Positions 25,194 through 37,900 of a DNA stretch of 64,000 bases are shown here, piece by piece. A program made the position numbers and the translations under genes. The notes beneath the pieces are model-generated. The model was not told the DNA's origin. It saw nothing but the letters and a program-made list of their open reading frames with translations, and ran no database searches. Source of the stretch: Raillietiella orientalis (Eukaryota); contig JAYWIR010000029.1 in the NCBI GenBank assembly GCA_036172245.1, forward strand, positions 2,294,001-2,358,000, read 5' to 3'. Position 1 is the stretch's first letter; every line of letters begins with the position of its first letter.

Positions 25194-25440
25194 TGTTACA
25201 GGTTAGTCAGATCTCCTTCCCTCCCTCCAGATAAGTCATCATTTATCGCAACCCGCCCCACCCTCTCTTGCCCTTGATGTTTAATCGTTTACCTCCCCTC
25301 CCCCCTCTTCCTCCTTCCTCTGGACCCCTCCTGATCTCGGCCCGGAAGGGCATGGCGGCGACCCCAGTTCGTTCCTCTCCACACTCCAGTTTCAACTCGT
25401 ATGTTTACTTTTTTGTAAAATAAACGACCCGGCTGTAACC
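25194..25440 (+). mobile_element. Candidate 247-bp LTR of an LTR retrotransposon
   Basis: Starts TGTTACAG and ends CTGTAACC (terminal inverted repeat, last base not the canonical A). Preceded by purine-rich gagggcgagga (PPT-like). AATAAA at 25419-25424. No partner LTR found. Confidence 0.4.
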
Positions 25441-25657
25441 GGGTTCAAGGCAGTCAGTGCCGTTGGCTCTTAAAGGTCAACCAATAGACAACGAGTACAA
25501 ATAAAAGGTACAAAAAAAGTACAAAAAAAAAAAATCAGGTTCGCATTGGCGTTTCCATCGTTACTGGTTGAGTATTTGGTGTGCGAGACTGCGTTGCCGG
25601 ACCGCTCAGTTCTGCGGCTGCTTGCCAAATCCGCGTCTGCGGCTGCGACTCGACGCT

Positions 25658-26073
25658 GCGGTCTCCGTGCGCGGTTCCAAGCGTTACGGGTTTGAATTCC
25701 GCACGGCGAAGGATCCACGCCAAGAAACGGGGTGCGTCGTGGGTTTTAAGTCCCCTCCCCCCTTCCCCCGCAAGGTGACGCTGGTTGGTCTCTGGGCTTC
25801 GTGTGCGGCACTGGTGGACACTGGAGACCGGCTGCCCCGTTGACTGGCCGGGATTGGAAGTTTACCCCTACGGGGTCCTTACAGGAAGCGAGGAGCCCTT
25901 CGGGGTTCGCCTCTGGTTGTGAAAACGGAGCCATACCATGGCGCTGGTCGATACTCCTCCTCGGGGAGGGAGCCTCTCCAGAGTGTCAAGAAGTGCGCTG
26001 CTTCCTTCGGGTAGCACCCTTCAGAAAATTCGGGAACTTCTCCTCGGGGTTCTCTTCAGAGGAGGAAACAGGG
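25658..26073 (-). repeat. GC-rich dispersed repeat family, copy B (inverted relative to copy A)
   Basis: Reverse complement of 22486-22903 with substitutions and small indels. Confidence 0.85.
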
Positions 26074-26389
26074 AGCGGTTCCCTTGCGTGTTCTCTCCGG
26101 AGAAGCGTGAACTGTGAGGTCCTTGGCTGGAGGAATTTCTTATATCGCAGGGCCCTGTCTCCGTGGCAGCGCGCGCCACACAAGTGACCTTCAGTTACAA
26201 TGGAAGCAAAGCGTGGACTTCAGTTATCGACAGTGCTAAGATAAACTGATGCCCGGGTTGGAATTTCTTGGCGAACGCGCAACATTTTCGTATCGGACCA
26301 AGGAAACTGAAAAATTTTCCCTCTTTGCACGGGGTATGAGGAATAATCTTGAGAACATTGCTAGGAACCTATCTCAATGAAAATCGAAG

Positions 26390-27290
26390 CCCGACTCGTG
26401 GTCGTACAACTCCGTGTTCCATCAAGGTTTCGAGTGGGTCTCCGTTTCTGTAGGTGTACACAAAGGCGGAAGCTCAGTCACAGCAGCAGGCGATGGTGCT
26501 CTGCGGGAAGCACAAGAAACATTGCACGATGCTACTAGAGTGGGTGTCGAACGCGAATCGTGGGCGGAAGCGTCTAAAAGAGCATCAGGGAAGACGACGC
26601 ATCTCCTTAAATGTTATGAAGAAGCTGGCAACCGGTAGCTGAGACCACAGGTATGTTTGCGCACACATCTGCAAGACTCCACTTTCGAAAATATTGGTGC
26701 CCCAACTACGATGAGGATGCTTACAGACAACTGATATTAGTGGATGCTGAACATCGGCATTTAAAACAAACTCATCATGGGGTTAATGTTCCCGAGTTTC
26801 ATGCTTCGAAGTAGGGTAAAGTGGGGGATAAAGGAAGAAATCCGCCTGCAATCAAGCCGAGCAGGAAAGACGTACCCTGAAAGCGGCATTCTTGTTGAAA
26901 CTTGCCCCGCAAACTTCGGTTTCCCGATGACCGAACACGAGTGATCTGTGCGCAGTACTCGACAATGACCTTACCAAGGATTTTCTCAAGAAACGGCACT
27001 TTTTTTGTGGTAATGGGAAGGTGAAAAAGAGATCCTTCCTCCGAGTTCTCGCGTTTTCGAATTCTTCTTTGTCATGCATTTCGTTTGGAAGCTCGGGCTT
27101 TTCTAGACGAAACGTGCTGGACAAAAGCACGAAGTGTTGTGCAAGATCGGACTTTCTTATGACTGCAAAAGGGCAGGCAAACAGTGCCTTCCTCATGAGT
27201 TTGTTTGTGTGTGTGTTTACGTGACAAACACATGTATTCGTGTGTACAAATAGTTCATAAAAAGTGTTTACCGGGCGTTTTTAAGGGGTT
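26390..27290 (+). mobile_element. Possible decayed Penelope-like relic
   Basis: YNSVFHQG (26405), then GSP in a shifted frame (26436), a YP-like site (~26873) and VCVYVTNTC (~27210, GIY-like). Weak. Confidence 0.25.
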
Positions 27291-28927
27291 GATTTTTTCA
27301 AAAGGCAGTCAATTATCTCAAGCTTTTAAGCAAGCCGTCGCTGCGTTTCTATGTCACCCGATAAGAGTGAGACAGGTGCCTTCGAAGACGCAAGAGGCGC
27401 TCGGTCCCAAGTTCGGTCGGTGCCCTACCGTTCTTCCCGCAGATCTGCACGCCGCACGGATACAATTGATTGGCTGGGAGCGTTTCCCTACATCACCTGC
27501 AACAGACTGCTGACGAAACTGCAAGCTGACGCGTTTGTCGCATTCCGAATTACGGAACACTACTTGGGAACAGGATAAACAGGATACCTAGGAGGGTAGG
27601 CGTCTCGAACCAAAAGGCGCGCCGAGCCGCAAACAGCTGCAGATGACCTACTTTACCGCGCTCCCGCGAGCGTCCTGCCGAACGTCGCAACCCGGAGATG
27701 TCACTCGTGAGCAAGGTTCGCACGCACCGTCACCTACAGTTCGTGAACTGACGCCGGCCGACAGAATATTAGGGGACAGGACACATGCACCGGCTGTTAC
27801 ACCGATGCAGGCTGAAATCCCTGCGCTTCGAAACGCGCTGCTCCCATAGCGTGTTGCAGCAGCTCCGTGCTGCGATGCTCTCTAATGCTGCAGCGAGCAT
27901 GCTTCGGCCGTCATCGACCCGCAAGTTCCCCTATCGGCTGAATCCGTTGCTCGCGTGAAACTTTTGGCTTGCTGTAGGTCCCATCTTACCCTTTTCTTCC
28001 GATAAGCAAACAGGGTTGCCATCCGGAAAGGTTCGTCCGCGCTTCTCTCGCTCCCGAATAAAATTCCCATCCTGATTACGTCGATAGTTTCAAATTCTTA
28101 AAGTCTTTTCGAGACTACCGGTTGGTCTCGAGGGAATCCCATCCCGCGTTGCCACTTTTGCAAAAAAAAAAAAAAAAAAAAAAGCACTTTTCAAAGCAGC
28201 TCCAAAGAATTGATGGGCCTCGTCCATCCAAGCAACTCAATTTGGTCTCACCTTGTTGAGGATGGCAGCAGCAGAACAGGATCCTCGAGTATTTCCGTCC
28301 CGCGGTCGGAGTCGAATGGTTCGCAACAGGCGTGCATATTGGCAGAAGTTTCAAGGATCAAAAGGGAAAGCCAATGGTTTGCATGCTCTGAAGGGGAAAA
28401 GCCCCATGGCAGAGCAACGCTCCCTGCTTACGAGGAGAAGCGCATTTTCCAACATGGTCGTCGTTTGCGCAGTTTTTTTTTTTTTTTTTCTTTTTAACTG
28501 AAATGCAGAAACAAGTAAACGAGAGCCAACCGGTGCGCACGGCTCCCAGGAAGCGGAAATTGCTATCCCCACAGAATCTCCGTACGCTGAGACGTACGTG
28601 TGCGTCACGCACATCCAAAGTGACGGGCACGAGCCCGTGTAAGTGAGTCACTCGTGTGATTCCCTGCCGAGCTGAGAGCGGAAACAGGCTTTTTCCTGGA
28701 TGTCCGGGACCCCTTTCCTTTCCGAACATCGACACTGGTGCCAGTGCTGGGGGCAGGAAACTGTTGAGGGGCATGAGAGACGCCAGCGTTCGCCGGCGCA
28801 GCAGCACGGACGGCGGGGCGGGGCGCGCGTCAGAATCACGGAATAACGTCGGCAGAGTAACGTGGATCTATGGATCCACGACCATCCTTTTCCTCCGACA
28901 TGTTTATTCCGTTGCAGTATGATCTCC

Positions 28928-31900
28928 TCAGCAGGCACAGGTGGACCATTTCACCTGATTCGACTGCAACGAATGCCGCTGACCTCTTCGGCTCACGTCG
29001 TTCTCCACGGCCTGCATCATCCTCTTCAACACCAGCTCCAAGAGCTTCTCGACTGCTTTTTGCACATTCTGGCCTGTGACCGCGCTGGTCTCAAAATAAC
29101 ACATACTGCACGACGTGCGACCTCAGCTGCGGGGAGAATACGAACCCGTAGAAGTCGGCAGTGGCCTGCGCCCGCTCTTCGCTGATTTGCCGCTGCTCCT
29201 CCAGGTCTGCTTTGTGACCACACAGAACGATGTCTGGGTCTTCGCAGTAGGCGTGGATCTGGAATCCGACGGTTGGCGGAGTGTGCACTTGGGGTGGACC
29301 ATACCTTAAGCTGCTCCAACCAGTTGCGGATATTGAGGAAGGACTCCTCGCTGGTCAGATCGAAGAAGAGAAGGAAGCCCATTGCATCTCGGAAAAATGC
29401 GGTAGTGATGCTGCGGAACCTGAAACGGGAGGCAAGGAGTACTCTGCCTGGCAAGTAGAGCGCGGCGCAATGCGGCGCCATCACCATCCTCAACGTTCAC
29501 ACACTGTTTTTCATGATACCTTACCGTTTGTCCTCGGCAACACCATCAAGATCAACCACTCATCACGCCGTCACATTCATCAAAGTCAGAATCTCATACT
29601 GACATATCCAGTTACGCTCACACCCGTCTTTACAAGAACATCCTCAGCATACCAGCACCTCAGATTACCGACCTCAACAAAAACTTCCTGAAAATCCACC
29701 TTCTATTCATACAAACCTCCACAACTATCATTCCCATCTCCATTACCATTTCTAGTTCCCAAGTCAACATTGATCCCTTCAAACACCTAACTTCACCAAC
29801 TCGGAACCATACCGATGTACACCTTCGCATGCCCGCAATGATGACAAAATCCTTCCCATTTCCACTTTCATACTAACCCCATGATCATGGCCTCCTACCC
29901 ACCGTAACTCCTCTACCGCTCCTCTACCTCTCTCCCCATCACCGCTCTCGCTAAACCCTGTTACTCAAATCACGACATTCTGCCCCTTCGTACTAAAAAA
30001 AAAAAAAAAAGTCTACCATCATTTGAAGATGGGAAACAATCCGACTCATCCCGATCTAAGCTCAAACCGTGTAGCATTTTCACTCGAACGGACTACTATC
30101 ATAAATCTACACCTTATGGCAACCTCAAGGTCGCAAAGTCCCACATCAGTCAGAATCCCCCGTGAAAACCACGCTGTCATCCCTAAGGTATCTTTTTCTT
30201 TATTTCAAGATCATCACTGTTTGCCAAACCAATCTCTCAACTGTGAAGATCAGTTCTCCAGTATCCGCCCAGGAAGGCATCTTCCAGGAATCGTTCACCT
30301 TCGCTCCACAATTTAACCTTCAAAAGATACGCAGTTGCGTAGGGTTGTCTCCTAAATCCATCGTGGATTTTTCACCATGAAATCAAATTCAAAACTGCAG
30401 AACAGGACAGCTTCACCTGGTGGGATCCTTCGTCTACGCTACCAACCGAATAGCTGATGATTCTGCTGCCTTAGCACGGGCAAAATACCGCAGCCGTTTA
30501 TCAGTGCACTGGGCAGACCTTGCCTTATACCATTCATAAGAAAACATCTTCAAGAAAAACATTTCAAGTAAAAATTCTTGCCAAATTTCTCATCACAACT
30601 TCATCACTTCTCTAAGTCTTACTCATCAAAAACACTATCTCGCAGTATTCATTATCAATCACCTTCAGTGTACGAAGTACTCTAAAAATCAACCCCGACT
30701 CACTATTAGACCACCTCTGAGCTCACGACTCCATCCAGCATCTTACGTTTACAATAACAACGACAAAATTTATCCTCATTTCTTTATTCATTAAGAACTA
30801 AAAACATGAACTTGTCAGTACATCACTACCAAATAAAACTCGACTATACTTTCCTACACACAGAATTAATTATATTTAACTCGTTGATATCCGAACGAGG
30901 ATTATCAATTTTCCGCCAATCCTACTCTGATACAAAAGATACCTACCTACACGTAGTGCCCCCATTCTACTTACCACTTCTTTTTCAACACTATTGCCCA
31001 TCACTACTGAACCGATTCACCGCTAATAACCACCTACTGCCACACAACAGAGCAGCCCGTACGTAATCATGGATATGGAAACAATCCTCTGCTTCGACAA
31101 ATCTCACCCTGTTGCCTAGGTAGACCCTCCGTTGCGCCCACGATGCTGCGACTTGGCCGATCTTACACCAGAGCGACGGGCGGTCTGCACCCGGAAACTT
31201 CATTCCTCGAGCAAATTCACTATTCAATTCCAAGACAAAGTTGCATCCAATTCAGCATACCGTGGTGCAACTTACTCTCATCCCTTTTCGTGATGCACCT
31301 CGATCAGGACTCTCAATCACTCTTCATTGAGAAAATCAACCACTTCTAAATAATCACAGCAACAGTGTACGAGCATTCAAAAAGCCGGTTTCCTCGCTGA
31401 GCCAAAAAAAAAAAACTCCGCAGCATCCTCACCACCGCCAAAGAGCAACGCATAAGTTCCCCTTCCTCGAGTCCTTGCTGCCCATTGATTTTGCACCAGG
31501 GCACAACCTATTGCTCTGTGCGAACGGTTACTCGAACCTTCACGACACCTACATGGTGGACCCACGATCTCCGTCGAATGGAGGGACATCGAAATCAACT
31601 GAACTCTTGCGATCGACCGCAACTGCCGGCCGGATAATTAGAAGCAGATCTCTCTGACGATTACCTGCCCGTTTAGAATCGAAATGATGGATCACTCTCA
31701 CTTGCACTTAGGAGCCAGATTCACGTGAACCCCATCACCTAAGCTAACGGTAAATCGCATGTAAAAAAAAAAAAAAAAAAAAACATTATGGCCGACGGCC
31801 AAAACATAATTAAATGCATACGCACGCTGTTTCCTGTCATATGGGTACATTAATTCATTCGTTAATCTCTCTCTCTCCAGGATTCATCTTCTCCGTCTCA

Positions 31901-34900
31901 AGCAAGATGCCCGCATCGGACTGTTTCTTGGCTTTCGTGCAAATTTCGAAAGATTTCAGCGCAGCCAATGCGAAAATGCTTTTCAAGAGCGCGAATCCAT
32001 TTCTGTCGCCCCGCTCCCCCCCCCCCTTCTGTACACTCGTTGCGTACATGCACCTAATTTCGCAAACTATGATTTTCGGTATTTCGTGGAGATTTGGATT
32101 TTAATCACTTTTGTTGGATCGCCCCCATTACGTCATGGCGTACTCATTCTTTATTGATGATCGAAACATTTCGCCGCATTGCACTGTTTCCTGAAAGCCT
32201 CCAAGGAGTCATTACAATCATTACATTACATGTCAAATAAGAAGGAAAAAATATCAGTTAAAGCGTTCACGCCGGGATGTACCACCGGCGGTACATGAAT
32301 GGTGTCTCATCGGGCGGGATGTACCACCACCGGTGGTACAAACAGATCTATTCACTTTTACCGGTCTTTTTTAAAATAAAATCAATAAAAAGTCCATAAA
32401 TGAACAAAAACCAGATAGTTGCTTGATTTTAAACAATTATTTTTAATAAACATAAGAATTAATATATATGTATACATAAAATAAATGTTAATTTCAAACA
32501 AATATCTTAAAATAAAAAAAAAAAAAAAATGAGGAAAGCTGCTACATAGAATAAAGGCTTAATTAAAATAATATTCACTACTAAACTCAATAATACTGTA
32601 GCCGAGACCTTGAAAGAAACCACAAGGAATGTTTTTGTTTTGATAATCTTACATTAACAAAGAAAAAGGCCGTGGGTAGGGCCTCCCGTGGCCCCACCCA
32701 CGGCAGATCTCTGGGAATGCTGCGGTGCGGAGGCTGGACTCGAATTTAGAACAAGCCAAAGGCGGGCGAAGGACACAGATCAACTCTTTGGCCCCCATCC
32801 GCGAGATATGCATCAAGGAAGAACAGCTGAGCCGCACAGCATCATGTTGACTTTATCCAAATCGGTCCCGTCGGATGAAGAAAACCAACAAATAACAGCC
32901 GCCCCACCGCGAGACTGTGAATTATGGCTCCGGAATGAACGTGTTAATCACCAGCTAATGGAAAAATTAACGCTGCATAATCATATCGAACCACGTGAAG
33001 AGAGTCCCGGCAACGAGCCCGGTACACGTGTGCGCAACGCCTTCCGAGCTCGGCAGGGTGGATGGCGTGGCGTTTGCACACGCGAGAAGCGACTCCGCGA
33101 GCGCGCCAGAAGGCGAACGAGCTTCGTACATCAGTGCCCAGACTGGCGTGCATGGGGGAATGGGGAAGGGGGGGGGGGATAGCATCAGACGTCCCCCCAC
33201 CCCTCACCCGCCTCCTTCCGTTCCCGCTGCTGCTCCTCCTCCTTTTCCTCTGGGTGCACGTGGACTCTCTCCACCGACGTGCACGCGGGCGACCGGCCCT
33301 TGCAGGTCAAAGGGAGAGGAGAGCTGGTGCACGGCAGATTTTTTTTCTTTTTCTTGTTTCCTCCGTTCCATCGGGCAGCTGCCCGGGGACCCGTGCGTGA
33401 TATCGAGACGCTCGTCCTTTTCCCTCCCGCATGGCGGCTCCTTTAGCAGCGGGTAGACCCGCGAGCTCCCTGGGGATGCGGACGAGTGACTGCCCGCAGG
33501 CAATCTCCGTGGGCGCAACCTGAACCTCAGAAGACACCGTTTCGGCCGCTTCCCTGAATGCATTGCCCACCTGGCAGGGCGGCGCCACTCTCCGGTTGCA
33601 GACAGGAAACGCCCCCCCGCCTCGCACGGTTCACAAGGAGATTCCAGAGATGACCCTTTTTTCCCGGGCAGCAAATTCTGCACCGTCCACCTTGCCGAGA
33701 AGGAGGTGCGCCTGCAAGCCCGCCTCCTTTGCAGCAAGGGAAACGGTCGGGAGAGGGGAGGAGGGCAAGGAGATCGGGGACGAGGTGGGAGGGGGGCCAG
33801 GGACCGGAAACGGAGGCCGAAGGCTTCCGGCAGGATGCAGGAGGCGAAGGACTGCGGAAACTCCTCGCGTCTTCCCGTGCACCTGCTGCATCTCAACGTC
33901 GAAGAGAAGGCAGGTCGGTCTGGAGTTCAAGGAATCGGAAGCAGGAGTTGAGGGGACAAGCGCAGAGGCGGGGAGCCGTCGGCGGCAGGCGCACAAGCAG
34001 GAGAAGGGGCCCCTATCCCATCCCAGATCCTGTCCTGGCGGGGCTCAAGACTCCGAGAAGGCTTTGCTCCGAAGTCGCGTCCCAGGCGCATTCAGGTAGG
34101 AGCACGGTGGGGCAAAGACAGCCCACAGATGCTGCCGAAGTTTCCATCCGGACGAAGCATCTCGGAGCTGCCTGCCAACGGTCTTTACGAGCGACAAAGG
34201 GGGACTGAAGATGGTACGTACAATCGCCGCGCCATTCCTTATGGACAGGACACGGACACCGACTGAAATGCTTCGAAATCTGCACACAGAACTTACACGC
34301 ACATGCAGGTGGGGGGAGCGGTGGCTGCTGAACTCCTCTGAAGCGCTCCGTTAGACCAAGACAAAAGAATAAGAAAAAAAGAAACACGGTGTACCCCTCA
34401 GCATCGCAAGGAAGGGAAAAATCTCTCTCAAGCGAGCAAACACAGGTGTCCAGCAATGACACGTAGGGAGGAAGAGCATTTCCTCATTGTGGCGACAGCT
34501 GGAAGACAACGCCCATGGGTCAAAGACAGCAGCACCTCAAGGACCAACATGGGACTCGACATCGACATCGGAAACAAAGAGGCCATCGCGACCACGCAGA
34601 AGTTCCGGAATGATTACGCCAGCACACTTGCGCCTCGAAAAATAGGGCGAAGGAATGGGTGACCACCTTAGCACAGAGAGACCACCATCACGCTCATGGA
34701 ATCTTCTGCGGCAAGTCGCGACTGACGTATTCGATGTCAGGTGCCGGCTCAGACTTGAACCAGAACCCCGGGAAAAAGGGAGGAAATGGGGAAGGAGGAA
34801 GGGTTTGATGCCATAAACACAGAATCGGACGCATCTGGAGGTGAGTGCTGGCTCTCGCGAGCCTCGAGCAGGCAGTGGTGCTGTCGACCTGACATCAGCC

Positions 34901-37900
34901 ACGGATAAGAAGATACGGATCGGTCGCTCTTCCTTTAGCAGATGCACGCAGACTCAAGAGAGAGAACCTCTCCCGTGGCCCGACCCATGGCAGACCTCTG
35001 GGAATGCTGCGGAGCGGAGACTGGACTCAAATCCCGAAAAAGCCAAAGGCGGGCGGAGGACACAGATCAACTCCTCGGTCACCATCCGTAAGATATATAT
35101 CGAGAAAGAACAAACAAGGGAGGAACAGATGAGGGGGAGGGAGTGGCGCGTCAAACCACGATAAGGAGTCTAAACACCAGCCTCAAAGGATCATCTGGAG
35201 AGGATGCGCACAGGTTCGCAGGACAGGACAATTAAGGATAAAAAGCAACGAGAGAATGCAGGAAACCAAGGTTGCTGTAAACAAGGTGGTAGAGGAACGA
35301 GAGATCTGTGAAAAAGAGAGGGGGAAGACTTCGTTTGAGATAGCCCGGTGCTTCGCGAGGTAGCGAACATCACAGATGCAGCGATCCTCTCGGTTCAACG
35401 CGACCCCGCACACGGAAAGGGATGTGTACACTCTCTCGATGCTGGTCAAACGCTCGAAACGTCAAAATCGCCCAACAAGACACACGCAAAGCAGAGCAAG
35501 AAGCTGGAAGGAACCGGAACCGACGTTCTTTCAAAAAGGCCAGCAGTGACCTCGCGAAAACATCGCTCCTGTTGACCTCCGCTGCAGGGTCCAGAATGAC
35601 GGGGAAAATCCTCTCCGAGCTCGCAAAGGTATTCAAGGACCGTCCCTCTCCACGATGCTACCCCATACGGGGACTGTCAGAGCCACCCGAGGGGGTGCGC
35701 GTATAACTCAGGCAACTCCCGATGGGGTCACCCTAATGAATGCAGTCCGATTCCTCTCTGACTCTTGGGAGTTCCTGATTGCCCCCGAAGGAGGCTGCTG
35801 CCGATTTCTTTTCCGGAGGGAACACCCGCAAGGGAACCATTCCTCAATTACCTCTCTGCAGGGCTTACTGGAAGGGAGAGCACGCTTGTGACACTCTAGA
35901 GAGGCGAACCTCCGAAGGGGGGTAACCAAATCCATGAACGATATGGAGGGTCCCAAGCGGCGGAAGAGTCGGCTCCATCCTCACAACTAAAGAAGGGAAC
36001 CCCGAAGGGGACCCGGCTCCGTGGTTCCTGGAAAGATCTCAGAGGGTCACTTCGGCCTCCGCCGGTCAACGGGGGACGACGGGTGTTTCCAGCACGCGCA
36101 AGTTTTCCAGTGCGCGCACTGGAAAACGTGCGGCGCTGGTGGAACAGTGCGCGCACTGTTCCACCAGCGCCGCACCCGAAGCTCGTCGTCCAACCAGCGT
36201 CATCCTGCTGAGGGGTAGGACTCGAAACCCATGGCGCACCCCCTTCTCCCCTCTCCACTCTCGGGGTCGATTCTTCACGGAGGAATTCGAATCCTCGACG
36301 CTCGGCTCCACGTGCGGTAGCCGAGGCGGGGGACGTCCTTACCGCGCTGCGAACGTAGTGTACTTGTGAGAAGTGGATGCGAGTTGGCGTTCGAAGCACG
36401 TGAAACTACCAGCTGCTCTATCGGCTCGACACCATGACATCCATCGTTGGGGTGCGCGCTGATGACGCGAACATCGCCGCGCAACCCAGATACGGGAGGA
36501 AAGCAAAGGACAAGGACGAACGACAAACTCGCGCAGGAAGAATCCGCGAGCGAGAAGCTCTGAGAACAACAAGGATGGTGCCGACCTGGCAGGAACGCGG
36601 AAACAGGGAGCCCCCGTAAACGACCGAGGGAAGCGGGATGAACGTCCGGGAGCAGGCATCCAGCCGGCAAGATCCTCAACGCGGGTAAACGGAACGACGA
36701 CCGGTCGTTGGGGAACGATGGGAGACACAAAGTGAAAGTTAAGAGACCAAGGTTGGTCGCCCCGTACGAATCAGCCGCTTCGAACTCAGCGAACGGGGAC
36801 CCGTGAAGGGGCTCCGCTACCCCGGGGAACGCCTGTCTCTGCCCGCTCGCGCCTTCGAGCCTGGAGTGGCGCTCCGCCCCCTCGCAAGCGAGAATAAAAG
36901 GAGGGTAAATCCATCGGGCTTTCCGCGTGGATCCCACCTACGATGGGCTTCCCGGTGAGACGAGCACTCGAGAAAATCTGTTGTTGGCGTCTTGCGCGAG
37001 AGAAGGATGCCAAACAGTGGCTTAGGGAGGAAAAAAAAAGTCAACAAGAACGCCCGAGCGAAGTCGAGCGCGCACAACAAAAAAAAAAAAAAACTCCAGC
37101 GTGGGGAAAGCGGGCGAAACCCCCTGCACGGGAAAACTCGGGAGCGGAAATGCTCAGGAAGCAAAGTGAGGGTGCGCTACGAAAAAAACAGCGAGGAGGG
37201 ACAGAAAGCAGAGAGTCCCTCGGAATCCAACGAGTCCGAGAAGAGTGCGGGCAAGAAAGGAGAGCATAAGCCCGAAGGGGAAAGCTCTGACTTGAGATTC
37301 CGGTGAGAAGAGTGCGGGCAAGAGAGGAGAGCATAAGCCCAAAGGGGAAAGCTCTGACTTGAGATTCCGGTTGTCAGGGAGACGAATTCGCTCACGAGCC
37401 GAGGTCGATCGGTCGCACAGCTTCCGCGGAGTTGAGGATGTGCAAATCGGCGTGGACTTCCTGTCAATCGTCGTAGAAGTCTCGTGCTTTGGGAAGCGAC
37501 CCAAAAGAGCTGTGCGAAATCGAAAGTCATGGCGACGAGAGATTCGATTTCGCTGCAACCAAGGGATCGAGCAGGAAGATGCGCCGCTCCTGAAGCGGGA
37601 GGAGGGAGATGTACTCGGCTCGAATCCGGCAACTCTTCACGTTCGCAAAGAGACTGGTGCTCTTGCAAATCGGCCTTTGCACTTTGCTCCTTCGTGCAAC
37701 ATTTAGCAAGGGACTCTGGCTCGTTCCAAAACGGGAAACTCCAGCGAGTGGGCAACAGGAAAGCGCTCCCATCCCGCGCGAGAAGCAAGGTGTGCGAGGA
37801 GTGTGCAGGTGCAGAATCGGGGTCCAGCGCAGTGATGGCTGGTCGATTTGGGAGCGATATCAGCGTGAACACCAGGAGCAAAGGAACGCTTTCGCACAGC

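Noticed and set aside
34400..35600. Gypsy integrase- or RNase H-like words (QVATDVF, ITDAA)
   Set aside because: Too short and not in a convincing order to call an element.
36448..36487. Minimal hammerhead-like hairpin gggtgcgcg-CTGATGA-cgc-GAAC...cgcgcaaccc
   Set aside because: Lacks the GAAA and a stem III/NUH cleavage site.
37238..37371. Repeats as a possible CRISPR array
   Set aside because: Two contiguous units, no spacers, eukaryotic context, no cas genes.
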